63,598 nt of DNA, filler included, from Reclinomonas americana ATCC 50394 (GCA_048213135.1; 7 parts of 3 records of this genome joined end to end with filler, not necessarily neighbours in it), one strand, 5' to 3'; positions 36,271 through 50,700 are shown, numbered from the whole stretch's first letter. Numbers and translations are program-made. The notes: generated from the letters alone by a model not told the origin.

Positions 36271-39200
36271 TCTCTCGTTCTGCATCACTCACTTCATCAC
36301 CATTGCACAGAAAGGCTCTCATGTGCAGGAACTGGAGTCGACTTACGGAGTGGTGCTGCGTGTGCCCGGGCGAGGAGCCGTGGGACCGGTGTCTGTCAGT
36401 GGACCGTGAGTGGTGGAAAGGGAGAAGGGGCGAAGAAGGTGGACATAAGGAGAGAGAGGAAGAGAAGGGAGATCAAGAGAGAGACAGAGAGAGAGACAGA
36501 GAGAGAGAAAACGTGAGGGAGAGAGAAGGAGGAAAGAGAGTGAGAGAGAGGAGGAAAGAGAGCGAGAGAGTGAGAAGGAGGCCAGATGGTGAGCGCGAGA
36601 GAGGTAAAGCAGGAAGAGTGAGTGAGAGAGAGAAGGAGGAAAGAGAGATAAAGAGAAAGAGAGAGAAAGAGAGAGAGAAAGAGAGAGAACGGAGAGAGAT
36701 CGAGAGAGAGAGAGAGAGAAGGAGGACAGAGAGCGAGAGCGAGAGAGGTAAAAGGAAGAAGGAGTAAGAGAGCGACTGGGAGCGCCTCCTCTGCCCTATT
36801 CCCCGCCCCGCCCTCTCTGAGAACGCCTTGAAGAACATCACAAACCCCACCCATCTCTCACTCTCTTCTCCCTCCACAGTGAACGCGGCTGCTGCGATGC
36901 CCTGCTGGCCATCCTCCGTGCCGCGGGAGACAACGTACGAGTCGCGGTGCAGATGCCGTTTGTGAACATTGCCGGCGACGTGACGGCCTTTTTCGGTGCG
37001 TTGTGCTCTGCTCGTCTTACTGGCAGTCACTGACTCACTGTGCTCTCTCCTTGCCTTGCGCAGCCGACTTGAAGGTTTGTATCTTTGTGAGGGACCTCCT
37101 CTCTCTCTCTCTCTCTGTCTTTGTATAACTGTGGTGCACGGTGACTGCGGGATACCTTCCTATCAGTAGACTCTTTCGTTTCGTTCTCGCCTGCTGTGAC
37201 TTGGACGATTGACAACTGGTGCTAGTTTCTCACGTGACATCCACAATCATTTCTCGCTTCGCGTCACACATGCGCTAGTGGAGGCAGTACATTCGCTCTT
37301 GTGGACTGCTTACCGTTTGTTGTGTTTATTTGTTGCTCTGTCGTTGTCTACCGGTGCACTACTCGGCATGATTCATCCCTTGACCCTCGCCCTACGCGGG
37401 TTACTTGGAGTTCTTTCTCCCATTCTCTTTCTGTTTGTCGATCTTGTTCTTGTGGGTGTTTGTTTGTTTGCGATTCAGCAGTTCAACCACGCTCACTCAT
37501 CTCTATGCTCTGCCTGCTATATTGCGCATGTTCTTCACGCGTCTCTCTGCCTTGACTCTCGTATGGTGGCATTTGTTGCAACAATTGTTTCTCGCTCTCA
37601 CCTGTTCGTTTCTCTTTCTTGTCAACACGGTTGACGCTCCTCCTTCTTGTGTTAACATTGTTTTTCGCTCTCATCTACTCGCTACTCTGTCATGTCAACA
37701 CGCTTGACGCTCCTCCTCGCTCTCACACACTCTCCTTTGCATTTTCTTCTCCCTCCCCCCTTTCCCCCCCTTTCCCCCCTCCCTCCCCCCCTTTCCCCCT
37801 CCCTCCCCCCCATCCCACAGCCCGACCTCGAAGGCATTCACGTCGTCGACAGCGAGATGAAAGTCGCCGTCGTCTCCGGCGAATCGGCCATCGTGCGCAA
37901 GCTCCTCTTCACCTACATTATCCAGGCAGCCCCGTGGGGACGAGGTGGGCGCTCGTTTCTCTTTCTGATACCCTCTTATCTTTGCTAACTTCTTCGACAG
38001 GCGAGTACGCCTTTGTCGAGTACTTTGTGCCGTCGGCCCGCGTGGGCCGCATCATTGGACCGCAGGGCTCGGTGATCCGCGACATGCAACAGGCCACCGG
38101 TGCCAACATTCAAGTGCTGCAGCCGAATCGCGGTCGACAAGGCGCCGACGAGCACGTGGTACACGTGACGGGTCCGCCGGCGGCCGTGCGCGCGGCGTGC
38201 CAGCGCGTGGAGGCGGCGTCGGGGGTGGTGAGTGAAGGAGAGAGAGAGCGGGCGAGAGGTAAGAGACCGGAGAGTTGAATGTGCGTCTGCTCGCAGGCTG
38301 ACCTTCACGGCACCGCGATCTTGGCGCCGCCGGGTGCGCCACCGGCAAACACCGTGTCGTCGTCGCCGTCGTCGTCTGACGCGTCTGCCCCAACGGCTGC
38401 CGCCGGAGGTGCTTCAGGATCTGGTTCCTTCCTCCCCACGCCGGGAGTTGCTTCCGCCGCTGCGACTCCGGCGGATCCGGGCGACACCTTCACCGCCATT
38501 GGCGCGCTGCTGGTGGCCAGTTGCAATCACTTTTTGGAGAATGCCGGCACGCGAGTGGCCATCCGTGCCGACATGGCGAAACTGCAGCAGGCGTTGAAGC
38601 AGGCGCCAGGTGCGTTCAAGGGGGAAGGGTGGAGTGGGAGATCATCCGAGGACGTGCATCTTTGCGTAGTTTTCCTTGTCGTGCCCTTCCCGTTCCCTTT
38701 CGTGTTGAAGAGGGAAGGGTGGTGTGAGGGGATCCTCCAAGGACGTGCATCTTTGCGTAGTTTTCCTTGTCGTCTCTTGTGCTCTTTGCCGTGCCCTTTT
38801 TCGTTCCCTTTTGTGTTGAAGGGGGAAGGGCATTGTGGGGCATCCTCCAAGGACGTGCATCTTTGCGTAGTTTTCCTTGTCGTCTCTTGCGCTCTTTTAC
38901 CGTGCCCTTCCCGTTCCCATTTGTGTTGATTACCTTGAGAATAATCACGCATTCTCTTTGTACCGTCTATAGCACGGGTAGTCTCTCTCGCCATGCTCTG
39001 TTTCCTCCTCCTTTCAAGGACAATGATCATGTCGTACGTCTCTTGCTTTCTTCTCCTTCTTCCTGCCCTTCTCTTCAATCAAGGGGAAAGGTGTGACATC
39101 CGTGGCGAGGACACAGATCATGTCGTGTCTCTCCGCTCTCATAATTTTCTTCTCTTGTCCTTCGTTGGTTGCTACAGGACATGCTTTTGCGTCTTCCTTT

Positions 39201-40615
39201 TTGCATGTGCAATCTCTCACTGCTTCCCCTGTTTTCCTTTTTCCGTTCTGTGTGCATCTTTGTGCACTATTCATTGCAGGTGTCATATCTTTCACGGCCC
39301 TGTCTTTCTTTTCCCATCTGCACTGAGAAAAAATCGTGACGTGCCTTTCCTCAGCAAACATTCCCTTGTCTCCCCTCCGTGGTTGCTACGAAATCATCTT
39401 TGTTGCATCAGTCTATTACGCATGCAGTTCCCTTCTTTCCCCGAAGGTGGTGGTTGCGATGAGAATGGTCGATTCGTGACTGCCATCTCTGCTTTCTTGC
39501 CATTCTCGATCCCTTCTGTATATGGCGCGAAGGGAAAGAACATTCGCCACCGCCTCTGCAACTTCTTCCTTCTCCTCCTCTTCCTCTTCCTCCTCCTCCT
39601 TCTCCTCCAACGCCGCCGCTGGAGCCACGACCTCCACCACCTCCTCCTCCTCCTCCTCCACGTCTTGTTCTTCCACCACCTCCATGTCCACAACCTTCTC
39701 GTGTCATGCTTCTCGTCTCTGCCTGTCCCTCTCCCTTGTGTGTGTGTGACCGCGATGCAACTGATGATTCTTTCTCTTGTCATGTTTCTCACTCTCCCCC
39801 CTTTCCCTTTCCCTTGTTTCCCTTTCCCTTTTGCAGACGTCACCTTTGCCTGCACCAGCGCCCGCCGCCTCATGCACGCCACCGCCAAAAGCGCCCTCTC
39901 GCGAGGCGGCCTCGACCCGGAGTTGTTTGTCGACTGGATGAGCGACGTCGCCGAGTGCATTGCCGTTGCCGAGCACAATGCGGTTCGTTACATAGTCATT
40001 TCTCTTTGTGTATTCTTGCTGAGTTTGCGGACACAGACCGCCCAACACGAATGCCTGTTCTTCCCCTCCGAGGCCTCGTACCTGCGTGTGCTCGAGGTGC
40101 TGAGCTCGGCGCACGTCTCCATGGACATTTGCGTGTTCACCATCACCGACGATCGCATCTCCAACGCGGTGCTGCGTGCGCACGATCGCGGAGTGCGTGT
40201 GCGCGTCATCAGCGACGACGAGTGCCTGAAGCAGCGCGGCTCGGATGTGGAGCGCATGGTGAGGAGAAAGCGGTGAAGTGGTTATTCTCGTTGTCATCTC
40301 ACCGCTTTCGCACAGGCGCGAGCTGGCATTCCGTGCCGTCCCGACGCCAATCCGGCCTCGCACATGCACCACAAGTTTGTGATTATCGATGGTGGTCGTG
40401 GTGAGTGGCAAAAAAAGAACGGAGGTGTGTCGTGGAGGCCTTCTCACTGCGCATCGCCAGTGATGAACGGGTCGTACAACTGGACGCAGAACGCCTCGCA
40501 CATCAACCGCGAGAATGTGGTGATTACGAGCGAGCCGTCGGTGGTCAGCGCTTTCCAGGATCACTTCAACACGCTGTGGGTGGAGTACCGAGCCAATGAG
40601 CTGCCGCGCAAGTGA
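35823..40615 (+). CDS. Multi-KH-domain + single-HKD PLD6/Zucchini/Nuc-family nuclease/phospholipase fusion (~11 exons; one small exon presumed in the 36039-36138 gap)
   Basis: KH1 VEVPATQIGRVIG..ELESTYGVVLRVP..VSVSGP; KH FVPSARVGRIIGPQGSVIRDMQQATGANIQV..VHVTGPPAAVRAACQRV; PLD LFFPS..SMDICVFTITDDRIS..VRVRVISD..HMHHKFVIIDG..NGSYNWT..NRENVVI..F..LW. Junctions from 37821 to the stop are phase-consistent; the 5' linkage across the gap is less certain. Confidence 0.82.
38615..38930. repeat. 3 x ~90-110 bp tandem repeat at start of intron
   Basis: ggacgtgcatctttgcgtagttttccttgtcgt at ~38650, 38741 and 38851. Confidence 0.9.
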
Positions 40616-41352
40616 TAAGAGGGGAAGAGAGGTGTGAAGTAGAAGCGAGTGGTAAAAGTCATTTCTTCGATCGCGCAAGCAACGCTGAAGGATTGCGAGG
40701 AAATGTGAGGGAGGGAAAGGGGCAAAGGAACTCTGTGTAACTCCTGTCTGTTATGCACACTCGCACACCTGGACGCATTTGATGCACGAAGGCATGTGGA
40801 TGGGGTGAACGGAATTACGCAGTCTCTCATGTACCCGAATCTGCAAGCTGATCTGGTCACCAACTTCACAACCCGTCAGAGCCTTGGTTTGTTATTGCCT
40901 TGTTTCGTCTTCCCTCTTCTCCCTCTCATTCCCTCTCCCCAGTCTCAATGCGTTTCTGTCTCCCTTTTTGTGTGCGTGTGTGTCTCTCTCTCTCTCCCCC
41001 ATTGTCAACATCGTTCACATCAACGAACTGCGTGGTGCACAGAGCCAGTGAGTTTTGCGCTGCCCAGGGTCACCGCAACACACGAAAATGCTGCCACACA
41101 CGAGCATCGCGCGAGACAAGGGAAGAGCTACAGCCGCAGACTACGTCGCGCTCCTCTTGCTCTTATTACCTGCCTTCGTCACTCTCTTCGTCTGCCTCCC
41201 TGTCTCCTACGCATCTCCAGATCGTGTATCGAGTAGCCAGCGACAAGTGCCTCCCAGGATCACACGTGTGAGACGTGCGAGACAATTAAACAAGAAGCAG
41301 CTATACTATGATTCTCCCTTCCCCTCTCCTTCTCCTCTCTCTCACTCCTTAT

Positions 41353-42413
<1,061 letters not shown>

Positions 42414-42635
42414 CACAGCAGCAAAGGAAATGAAAGGATGAATGGCGATTGGTTGGTTGGTCGGTGGTCTTTCGGTGAACGTGTTTCTCTTGGTCTCTCT
42501 GGTGTGTGAGTGTGTCGCTGTGGTGAGTGTGAGGGGTTTTTTGCCTTCTCGAGAGGTGTACAACACAATACCGAACCGAACATGATGTGAGAATTATGAG
42601 GAGCGTTTTTTTGCTCGACGAAGCTTTGTGGTCTG

Positions 42636-42666
<31 letters not shown>

Positions 42667-43535
42667 CTTCACTTATCCAAACAGCAACACAGCTGCATGA
42701 TGATCGCCATCTTGAGTGAGCACCAGAAACTCAGACATCGCGAGAAAAGCGAGAAAAAGTCGAGACGGCTAATGCTGGCGTTTCTGCAAGGCATGGATTT
42801 GACGCCGAATTCCACAAAGGAAACGAGTAAGATTGCAAGAGGTGTTGGCGTCAGAACACATAGGGAAAACCAACAAAGCCAGGCAACATGCAATTACTGT
42901 AAGTCCGGGAAGGAGCTGAGCTGTAGTTGAGTGGTTGTCGCTGATGATGGTGTTGCTCACGGGAGTTGTCACTGCCGCCGGCAGCTGTTGTTTTTGCTCG
43001 ACGATGCTTTGTGACTTGAGGTGATTGGCACGTGGAGATCACAGCTGCATGGCCGCAAGGATAGTGCATCCGATCCCAAGCGTGCGAGGGAACTGCAGTG
43101 AAACCGTGCGATGGTAGAAACCACAATAAAACCACTTCGCCAGCGAACTCCACGTCGACAACAACAGTTGCTTCGCAAATGCAAACAGCGACACAGCTGC
43201 ATGATGATCACCTTCTTGTGTGGTTGAAATGCCTAATGTTGGCTTGCGGCATATGATCGCAAGTACGCAGTCAGCGACGACGCCTCCGGTGCTTGGCTGT
43301 TGGTGAATGAATTGCTGTTGTGAAACCTTACGATTGCAGTTATTTCAACTTGCCCCTCTCTCCTTTTGCTGTCTTCCACTCTCCCCTTTTGCTCTCATCG
43401 CCTTGCCCATGTTGCTATCCTTCCCCTTGCCCCTTTCTTGCTGCCCTCCCCTTCCCCCTTTCTTGCTGCCCTCCCCTTGTCCCTTTCTTGCTGCCCTCCC
43501 CTTCTCCCCATTTGTGTCAGACAATTCCATTCGCC

Positions 43536-45869
43536 TCACTTGTCAGCATCCACAGCCATTCGCTGCACGCTGGGAATGCGCTTGCTCGGAGTACCACCAC
43601 TGCCTTCCGCGAGCATTGCAGGCGGGCGCAGCACACTGGCGGCTGCGGCGGCGGCAGCAGCAGCAGAGGCAGAGGCGGCAGGTGGTGGTCGCTCCACACT
43701 CCCCTCCCGGATCATGCGGACGATGCTGTTACTGCTGGTAAAGACGAGGTTGCTGCGCAGGTATTGCGCGACCTGCGTGACAAGGTGAGACATAGAATCA
43801 CCCACCTCTTCACGCATCCCTCGCACTCACCGCCGCCGGCGCCGACTTCATGGCCAAGTTCTCGTGCAGCAGGCGCGGCTCGCTCGAGCCCTTTAGCAGC
43901 ACCTTGAAGGCCACTTCAGCGCTGCCGGGCGCACCCTCCTCGCCCACGAGAGTGGCACCAATGACACGCCGAATGGTGCCTTCTTTCGTCTCGCCGTTGC
44001 CGTCGCGATACTGGGGCGAAAGAATAAGGGGAAGGTGGGTGGGTGCTTCGGGGCAAGGGACGCAACGAGGAATGGCGCAGGGGTGAGGTCAATGTGCTTG
44101 GTGATGATCACGGTGGAGGGGTCGATGAGGGCGGCGGGGGTGTCGACCTCGGCCTCCCATTGTGAGTCGTCGGTGGAGAGGTCGGACTGCGCGGAAGAGG
44201 GGAAGGGGGGTGAGGGAGAAGGGAACGGGGGCAAGGGAGAGAAGGAAAGGGGCAAGGAGAGGAGGAAAGGGGCAAGGAGAGGAGGAAAGGGTGCTGAAAG
44301 GAAGGAGTATAAGTGAGAAGGAACTGGAGAGGTGAGCCACTTCTCTGCGCTCAGAACACGGTCCGGCGGCAGCGGAAGAGAATCCATTACAGCTGCTCAC
44401 CTGCTCCAAAATATGATCCAGCTTCCTCGCAGTCTATCTCTTATCTCTCCCCCCTTCCTCCCTCCCCTCTCCCTGCCCCCTCTCTACCCTCCTCCTCACC
44501 GGTCGGTTCGTCGAAAACCTACGACGCTCCTTGCTGCCCGACGACGACGCACCATCACTGGCGACTCCCTCCATCAGCCTCCGCTTCTTCTTCACACTCT
44601 CCCCGTTGGCGTCGCGTACAGGTGTCGCGAGGTGACGAACCGCGGTGGAGGGTGATTTCTGCGCAAGGGGGGACAACGTGAGTATGGGAGGAGGGGGTGG
44701 ACAGGGAAAGGGCGGTAGATGGAAGGGAGACGAGGGAAAGAGAGGAGGAGAATGAGTGAAGAAGAAGAAGAGGAGGAAGAGGGAGGAAGAGGGAGGGAAG
44801 GGAAGGGGGAAAGGAGGAGCAGAATAAGAGTAGAATGATGGAGGGAGGAAAAGAGAAGAGAGAGAGAGAGAGAGAGCAGCCAAGGGTGACACGGAGAGAG
44901 AGTGAGAGAGAGGCAGGACACGAGGAAGAGATCGAGGGAGGGGGAGGGAAGATGAACGAGGAGAGGAACGTGGAAGAGAGAAGTGAGGAAAGGTACAAAG
45001 TGAGGTCGGGAGCAACAGAGGGGTGGAATGGGAGCGCAACAGAGAGACAGAGAGGCAGGAAGAGAGGAAGAGATGAAACGCAATGATCATGGACAGGCAG
45101 AAAGGAAAAGAGAGGAAGAGAGTGAGAACGCAAGCAGCAAAGGGATGGAAAGAGATTGACATGGAAAGAAACAACAGCGAGTGTGTGTGTGAGAGAGAGA
45201 ATGATAGGCAGTACGAGAGGATGAGATGGATGAAAAGGCATGAACATGGACGAGAGACGTGAGGAACAGGAAGAGAGTGAGAATGCAAGCAGCAAAGGGA
45301 TGGAAGAGATTAAAATTGAATGAGAGAGAGAGTGTGTGTGTGAGAGAGAGAGAGGCACATGCAGTACGAGAGGAAGAGATGAACATAGACGAGGAAACTG
45401 AGCAATAGGAAGAGAGTGAGAACGCAAGCAGCAAAGGGATAGAAAGAAACAGCACAGAGAGAGAGAGAGTGTGTGTGTATGTGCAAGTGACAGACAGTCA
45501 AGGTCGTTGTGAGGGGGAAAGACCCACTCGACAACCAACTCACCTCTCCAACCAACACGTCTCGCTTATCGCCCAACTCCTTCTTCTTCTCCTCCTCCGC
45601 CTCCATCTGCAGCACCACAAAAAGTCAGGCGCCACCCGCAAGTCACCCCTCAGCGAACAAGCACACACCAATGCACGCTTCTTCATCCTGGCGAGCTTGC
45701 GCTTGTACTCCTCCAGCGCGCCCTCGCAACCAATCAGGTTCTTCTCCGGTTCCCATGTGTCGCTGTCGGGTGAGTAGCCTGTTGACATGGTGTGAGGAAT
45801 TAAAGGAGAAATGAGAGAGAGAGACGGGAGTGGAAACAGCGCACCTTTCCATCGTACTTTGTACTCCCA
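43536..45869 (-). CDS. HP1-like chromodomain + divergent chromoshadow protein; 5' end in or beyond gap 46122-46726
   Basis: WEYKVRWK|GYSPDSDTWEPEKNLIGCEGALEEY (chromo); hinge KKKRR; IRRVIGATLVGE..VAFKVLLKGSSEPRLLHENLAMKSAP..VAQYLRSNLVF (chromoshadow-like). Confidence 0.8.
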
Positions 45870-46829
45870 CTGCGAAAGAGGGAAGAGTGATAGAGAGAGA
45901 GAGAGAGAGAGAGAGAGGTCAGTCTCGTGCAGGAGGTGAGTGAGGGAAGGAGAGAGAGAGTGAGTGAGTGAGTGAGCGAAGGAGGAAGGAGTGAGTGCAG
46001 CGAGTGAGTGAGTGAGTGAGTGAGTGAGGGAGTGAGGGAGTGAGGGAGGGAGAGTGAGAGTGAGTGAGTGTGAGTGTGTGAGTGTGTGTGTGCGTGTGTG
46101 TGTGTGAGTGAGTGTGTGAGTNNNNNNNNNNNNNNNNNNNNNNNNNNNNNNNNNNNNNNNNNNNNNNNNNNNNNNNNNNNNNNNNNNNNNNNNNNNNNNN
46201 NNNNNNNNNNNNNNNNNNNNNNNNNNNNNNNNNNNNNNNNNNNNNNNNNNNNNNNNNNNNNNNNNNNNNNNNNNNNNNNNNNNNNNNNNNNNNNNNNNNN
46301 NNNNNNNNNNNNNNNNNNNNNNNNNNNNNNNNNNNNNNNNNNNNNNNNNNNNNNNNNNNNNNNNNNNNNNNNNNNNNNNNNNNNNNNNNNNNNNNNNNNN
46401 NNNNNNNNNNNNNNNNNNNNNNNNNNNNNNNNNNNNNNNNNNNNNNNNNNNNNNNNNNNNNNNNNNNNNNNNNNNNNNNNNNNNNNNNNNNNNNNNNNNN
46501 NNNNNNNNNNNNNNNNNNNNNNNNNNNNNNNNNNNNNNNNNNNNNNNNNNNNNNNNNNNNNNNNNNNNNNNNNNNNNNNNNNNNNNNNNNNNNNNNNNNN
46601 NNNNNNNNNNNNNNNNNNNNNNNNNNNNNNNNNNNNNNNNNNNNNNNNNNNNNNNNNNNNNNNNNNNNNNNNNNNNNNNNNNNNNNNNNNNNNNNNNNNN
46701 NNNNNNNNNNNNNNNNNNNNNNNNNNAAGCAAACAAACAAACAAAGGGAGAAAGACAGACTTCTCACTCACTCTCACACTCTGTCTTCCTTGCGTTCTTC
46801 TTGCCAATGAGTGATGAAATACTGGAGGG

Positions 46830-47640
46830 ACAATCATTTCGCGCGCTCTCTCGATCTTTTCTCTCTCTCTCTGTCTCGTTCTGGTGTGCTGTTGTACTGC
46901 ACTGTTGCCTCTTTCCTCTTTCACTGCATTACACAAGCAGGAAGAGGGAGAAGAAAGCAACGTGACTTCGCAGTGACTGCAATGCATATGCATATGGACA
47001 ATTGCATCGCTTTCTCGATCTTCTCTCTCTCTTTCTTCACTCTCTGGCATCGTACTCGTGTGCCGTGTTGCATTCTCGTTCCTTCCTCTCACCGCATAAC
47101 ACAAGCAGAAAGAGGGAGAAGTGGAATATCGATTGATATTGCACTGCTGGATCCGGAGTGGACAGTTGCAATCATTTTCGCAGCGCGCACTTTTCTCTCT
47201 CTTTTTTTGGCTCTGTGTCTTCGTTCTTGTGTGCTGTTATGTTGCATTCTTCCTTCCTCTAACTGCAATATACACAAGCTGAATGAGTGAGAAGAAAGCA
47301 ACACAGGATATATCGATTGCACTGCTCGTGGACAATCGCTCTTTTGATCTTCTCTCTCTTTCTTCGCTCTCTGTCATCGTTCTTGTGTGCTGTTGTGTTG
47401 CGTTCTTCCTTCTTCTCACTGCCTTCTCAACACGAGAAAGAGGGAGAAGAGAGCAACAGTGATTTCGATTGCAATCACTGTATTTTCGCGTGTTTGCGTG
47501 CTTTCTCTCCTCTCTCTGTCCTCGTGTGTGTGTTGCGTTGTGTGTTGTGCTTTCTTCTTCTCTCTTGCTGCATTACGCAAGCAGAAAGAGGGGGAAAGAG
47601 CAACACGGGATATTGATTGCAATCACTGCTTCTCTCTTTT
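46830..47640. repeat. Degenerate ~180 bp unit repeat (about 5 units) upstream of AASDH
   Basis: Recurrent tgtgctgttg..ttcctct..gcat.acacaagcagaaagagggagaag..gattgca blocks. Confidence 0.7.
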
Positions 47641-47737
47641 CTTGTCAACAGTGCGCAGAGTCACTGCTTCCTTCCCTTTCTGATCGCTCATTGTCTGTCT
47701 CTTCCCCTTGTTTCATACTCTATCTCCCCCCTCTCTC

Positions 47738-50700
47738 ATGTTTCTCATCGAGGAGAGCTTCGCGAGTGAGACTGCATGTGCTGTTCGTTGTGTTTCCAGT
47801 GGTGGTGCTGGTGAGGATGAGCTGTCGTTTGCGGAGTTGTTGGTGCGAGTGAGGTGTGTGAGTGCGGCGTTGGCAGAGGTGAGATGCGTGAGAGGGAGGG
47901 AGGGAGGGCAGAGCTCCTTTCGTTCTTTTCCCTTCTCAGTTTCTCCTCCTGGTTCTTTTTTGTTGTTCTTCTACTCCTTCCTTTCTTGCTTCCACCTCTC
48001 CCTTCTCCTGCTCATCCTGCTTCTTCTTCCTCCATACTCTTCTTCTTCCTCCACGCTCTTCTTCTTCCATCACCTCATCTGCTTCTTCCCTCCACCTCCT
48101 CCTCTTATTCCCTCCACCTCCACCTCCTTCTGCTCCCCCGCTTTTTCTTCTCCTTCTTCTTCTTCTTCTCCTCCTCCCCCTCTCATCCTCCTCCTCCTCC
48201 TCCTCTTCCCCCCCTCTCATCCTCCTCCTCCTCCCCGCCCCCCCCCCCCCTCTCTTCCTTCTCACCCGCCTCTTGCAGCACGATGTCAGTGGTCTCGTCG
48301 GCCTCTGGGCGAGCCACTCATGCGCACTCGTCGCCATGTCACTGGGGTGCGTCCCCTTCCCCCCTTTTTATCTCTCCCTCACCCTCACATCTCGCACGCG
48401 CAGTGTCGCGCAGCTTCCCGACTGTGCATTCTTCTGCTTATCGCCACACGCACCGGCGACGCAGCATCCACACGCCGCAGTGTTCCCGTTGCTGGGCGCC
48501 ATCATCGTGCCGCAGGAGCAGGCTGGCGAGAGGCAGATGGAGGTGCGTTCTCTCGAGTAAGTGGAGAGATATGCATTCCTTCACTCATTTACCTTTTTGT
48601 AGTACCTCCATTCGGTGGCCTCCCATTGCCTCGCCCTCGAATACCCCANNNNNNNNNNNNNNNNNNNNNNNNNNNNNNNNNNNNNNNNNNNNTTAATTAA
48701 TTAANNNNNNNNNNNNNNNNNNNNNNNNNNNNNNNNNNNNNNNNNNNNCCATGCGCGTTCTGTGGACCGCCACCCCACACTCATCGCCAGTGCATCTCCC
48801 ATTGCACATCGCCGATGAGGACATTGTGTACGCCATGCTCACCTCGGGCACCACCGGCACTGCCAAGCTTGTGTGGTTGGTGATTCCACGTCGTTCCTTC
48901 TAGGGATTCAATGGGCTCACCAGTGCCGCCAGTGTACCTCGCGCCTGTGTTCTGCCCAACATTGACGATTTCAGGGAACGAGTGTGGCGAGTTGTGCGCG
49001 AGGTGCGTGCGAATCAAATGGAGACAGTTGCTGTTCAATCTCTCTGTCATCATTCATCTCCCTCTCTTTCTATCCTCGCCCGTTTCTCTCTGTCCTCATC
49101 ATTCTTCAGTTCTTTCTGTCCTCGTTTCTTCTCCGTTCTTCGTTCTCTTCCTTCTCCTGTTTCTCTGCCCTCATCCTCCCCGTTTCTCTCTTTTCCTCGT
49201 CCTCTCCTCTGTTTTTCTGTCTTCATCCTTCTCCTCTGTTTTTCCTTCTTCATCCTTCTCCTACATCTCTCTAGTCCCCTTCTCTTTCAGTCTCCTTCCC
49301 CTCTGTCTATCTGCTCTTCTTTCTCCTGTTTCTCTACCCTCATCCTCCCCATTTCTCTCTTTTCCTCGTCCTCTCCTCTGTTTTTCTGTCTTCATCCTTC
49401 TCCTCTGTCTTTCTGTTTTCATTCTTCTCCTACATCTCTCTAGTCCCCTTCTCTTTCAGTGTCCTTCTTCCCTCGTCTTTTCCAGTGTCTCTCTGTCCTT
49501 AATCCTTCTCCATCTCTCAGTGTCCTCATTCCTCTTCGTTCTTTTCCTGCTACTGTTTTCTCTGTTCATCCCTTCGTCTCTATCTCCTAATCATCATCTG
49601 TCTCCAATTCTCTCTGTTCTCATCCTTCCCCTCCTTCTTCTTCGGTTTCTCTGCCCTGATCTTTTTCCTGTTTCTGTCCTCATCCTGTCTCTTTTTCGTT
49701 GTCCTCACCCTTCCCCCTGCTTCTCTGTCCACATCCCCTCTCCTCTTCCCCTTACTCACCCTTCTCCTTTCCACCCTTCCCCCTTTTTCACCCTTCTCCC
49801 TTCTTGATCACCAGGACACCATCCTCTGCCTCTCACCACCCCACTTCGACCCCTCCATCATCGACATGTGGACGGCGTTCACCGCCCGCGCCACCCTCGT
49901 CGTCACCTCACCAGAAAACGTCGCCGACACCCAATCCCTCCTGCAAGTCATGCAGAAGTCGCGCCCCACGTAAGTGCTCACCTCACATGTGCATCCTTCC
50001 TTTTCTTCATTCCTGCGTCGCAGAATCGTGCACATGACACCCACCGTCCTCCACCGCCTCGCTCTCGTCACCTCTCCCGCCGACCTCTGCGCCACCGTGC
50101 CCTCCTTGCGCTTGCTCTCCCTCGGCGGCGAGCCGTGCCCTGCACCGTCCCTGCTGAAGCGCGTGCTGGGCCGTGCACTTCCGCCGGGATTCCGCGTGGT
50201 GAATGTGTACGGCATCACGGAGGTGTCGGTGGTGAGTGTGAGCACCGATTGCCGGCCTCCACCTCTCTTCTCACACGCATGGTGACAGTGGGCGTCGGTG
50301 GAGGAGGTGGATCTTGCGGAAGGTGACGACGACGAGATGAGTGTCCCCGTCGGGTCGCCTTTGCAGGGCACGCACTTTGCGCTCGAGTCGGAGGAGTTTC
50401 GTTGGTGATAGACTCGTCTTTGATGGCTGTCTGTCGCTGATGAATGGCACGCAGAAATGGTGGTGGCGTGTTGACACCCCTGGCCTCACTGACGCACATG
50501 CTGGAGGCGAGTGGAATTTTGTGGATTGGTGGAACGCAGCGCCAGTGTCACTGTTTCTCTCTTCCTTCGGTCACCGCGGTCGAGCCGCGTGTGGCAACAG
50601 TGGCTCACGAAAACGTCATGTTTGCGTCGTCGGGTGATGTGGTCGCGTGCACGCGAGAGGTTTGCCTTTTGCGCTCCAGTATTTTTGTTGCAATCTACTC

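Noticed and set aside
38615..38930. ~33-bp repeats with spacers, CRISPR-like at first glance (also 59045-59480)
   Set aside because: Spacers are themselves homologous, the context is a eukaryotic intron, and no cas genes are present.
42580..43230. Partially duplicated segments between the EF-hand and HP1-like genes
   Set aside because: Short degenerate local duplication with a (CAA)n tract; no coding or structural signal I can support.
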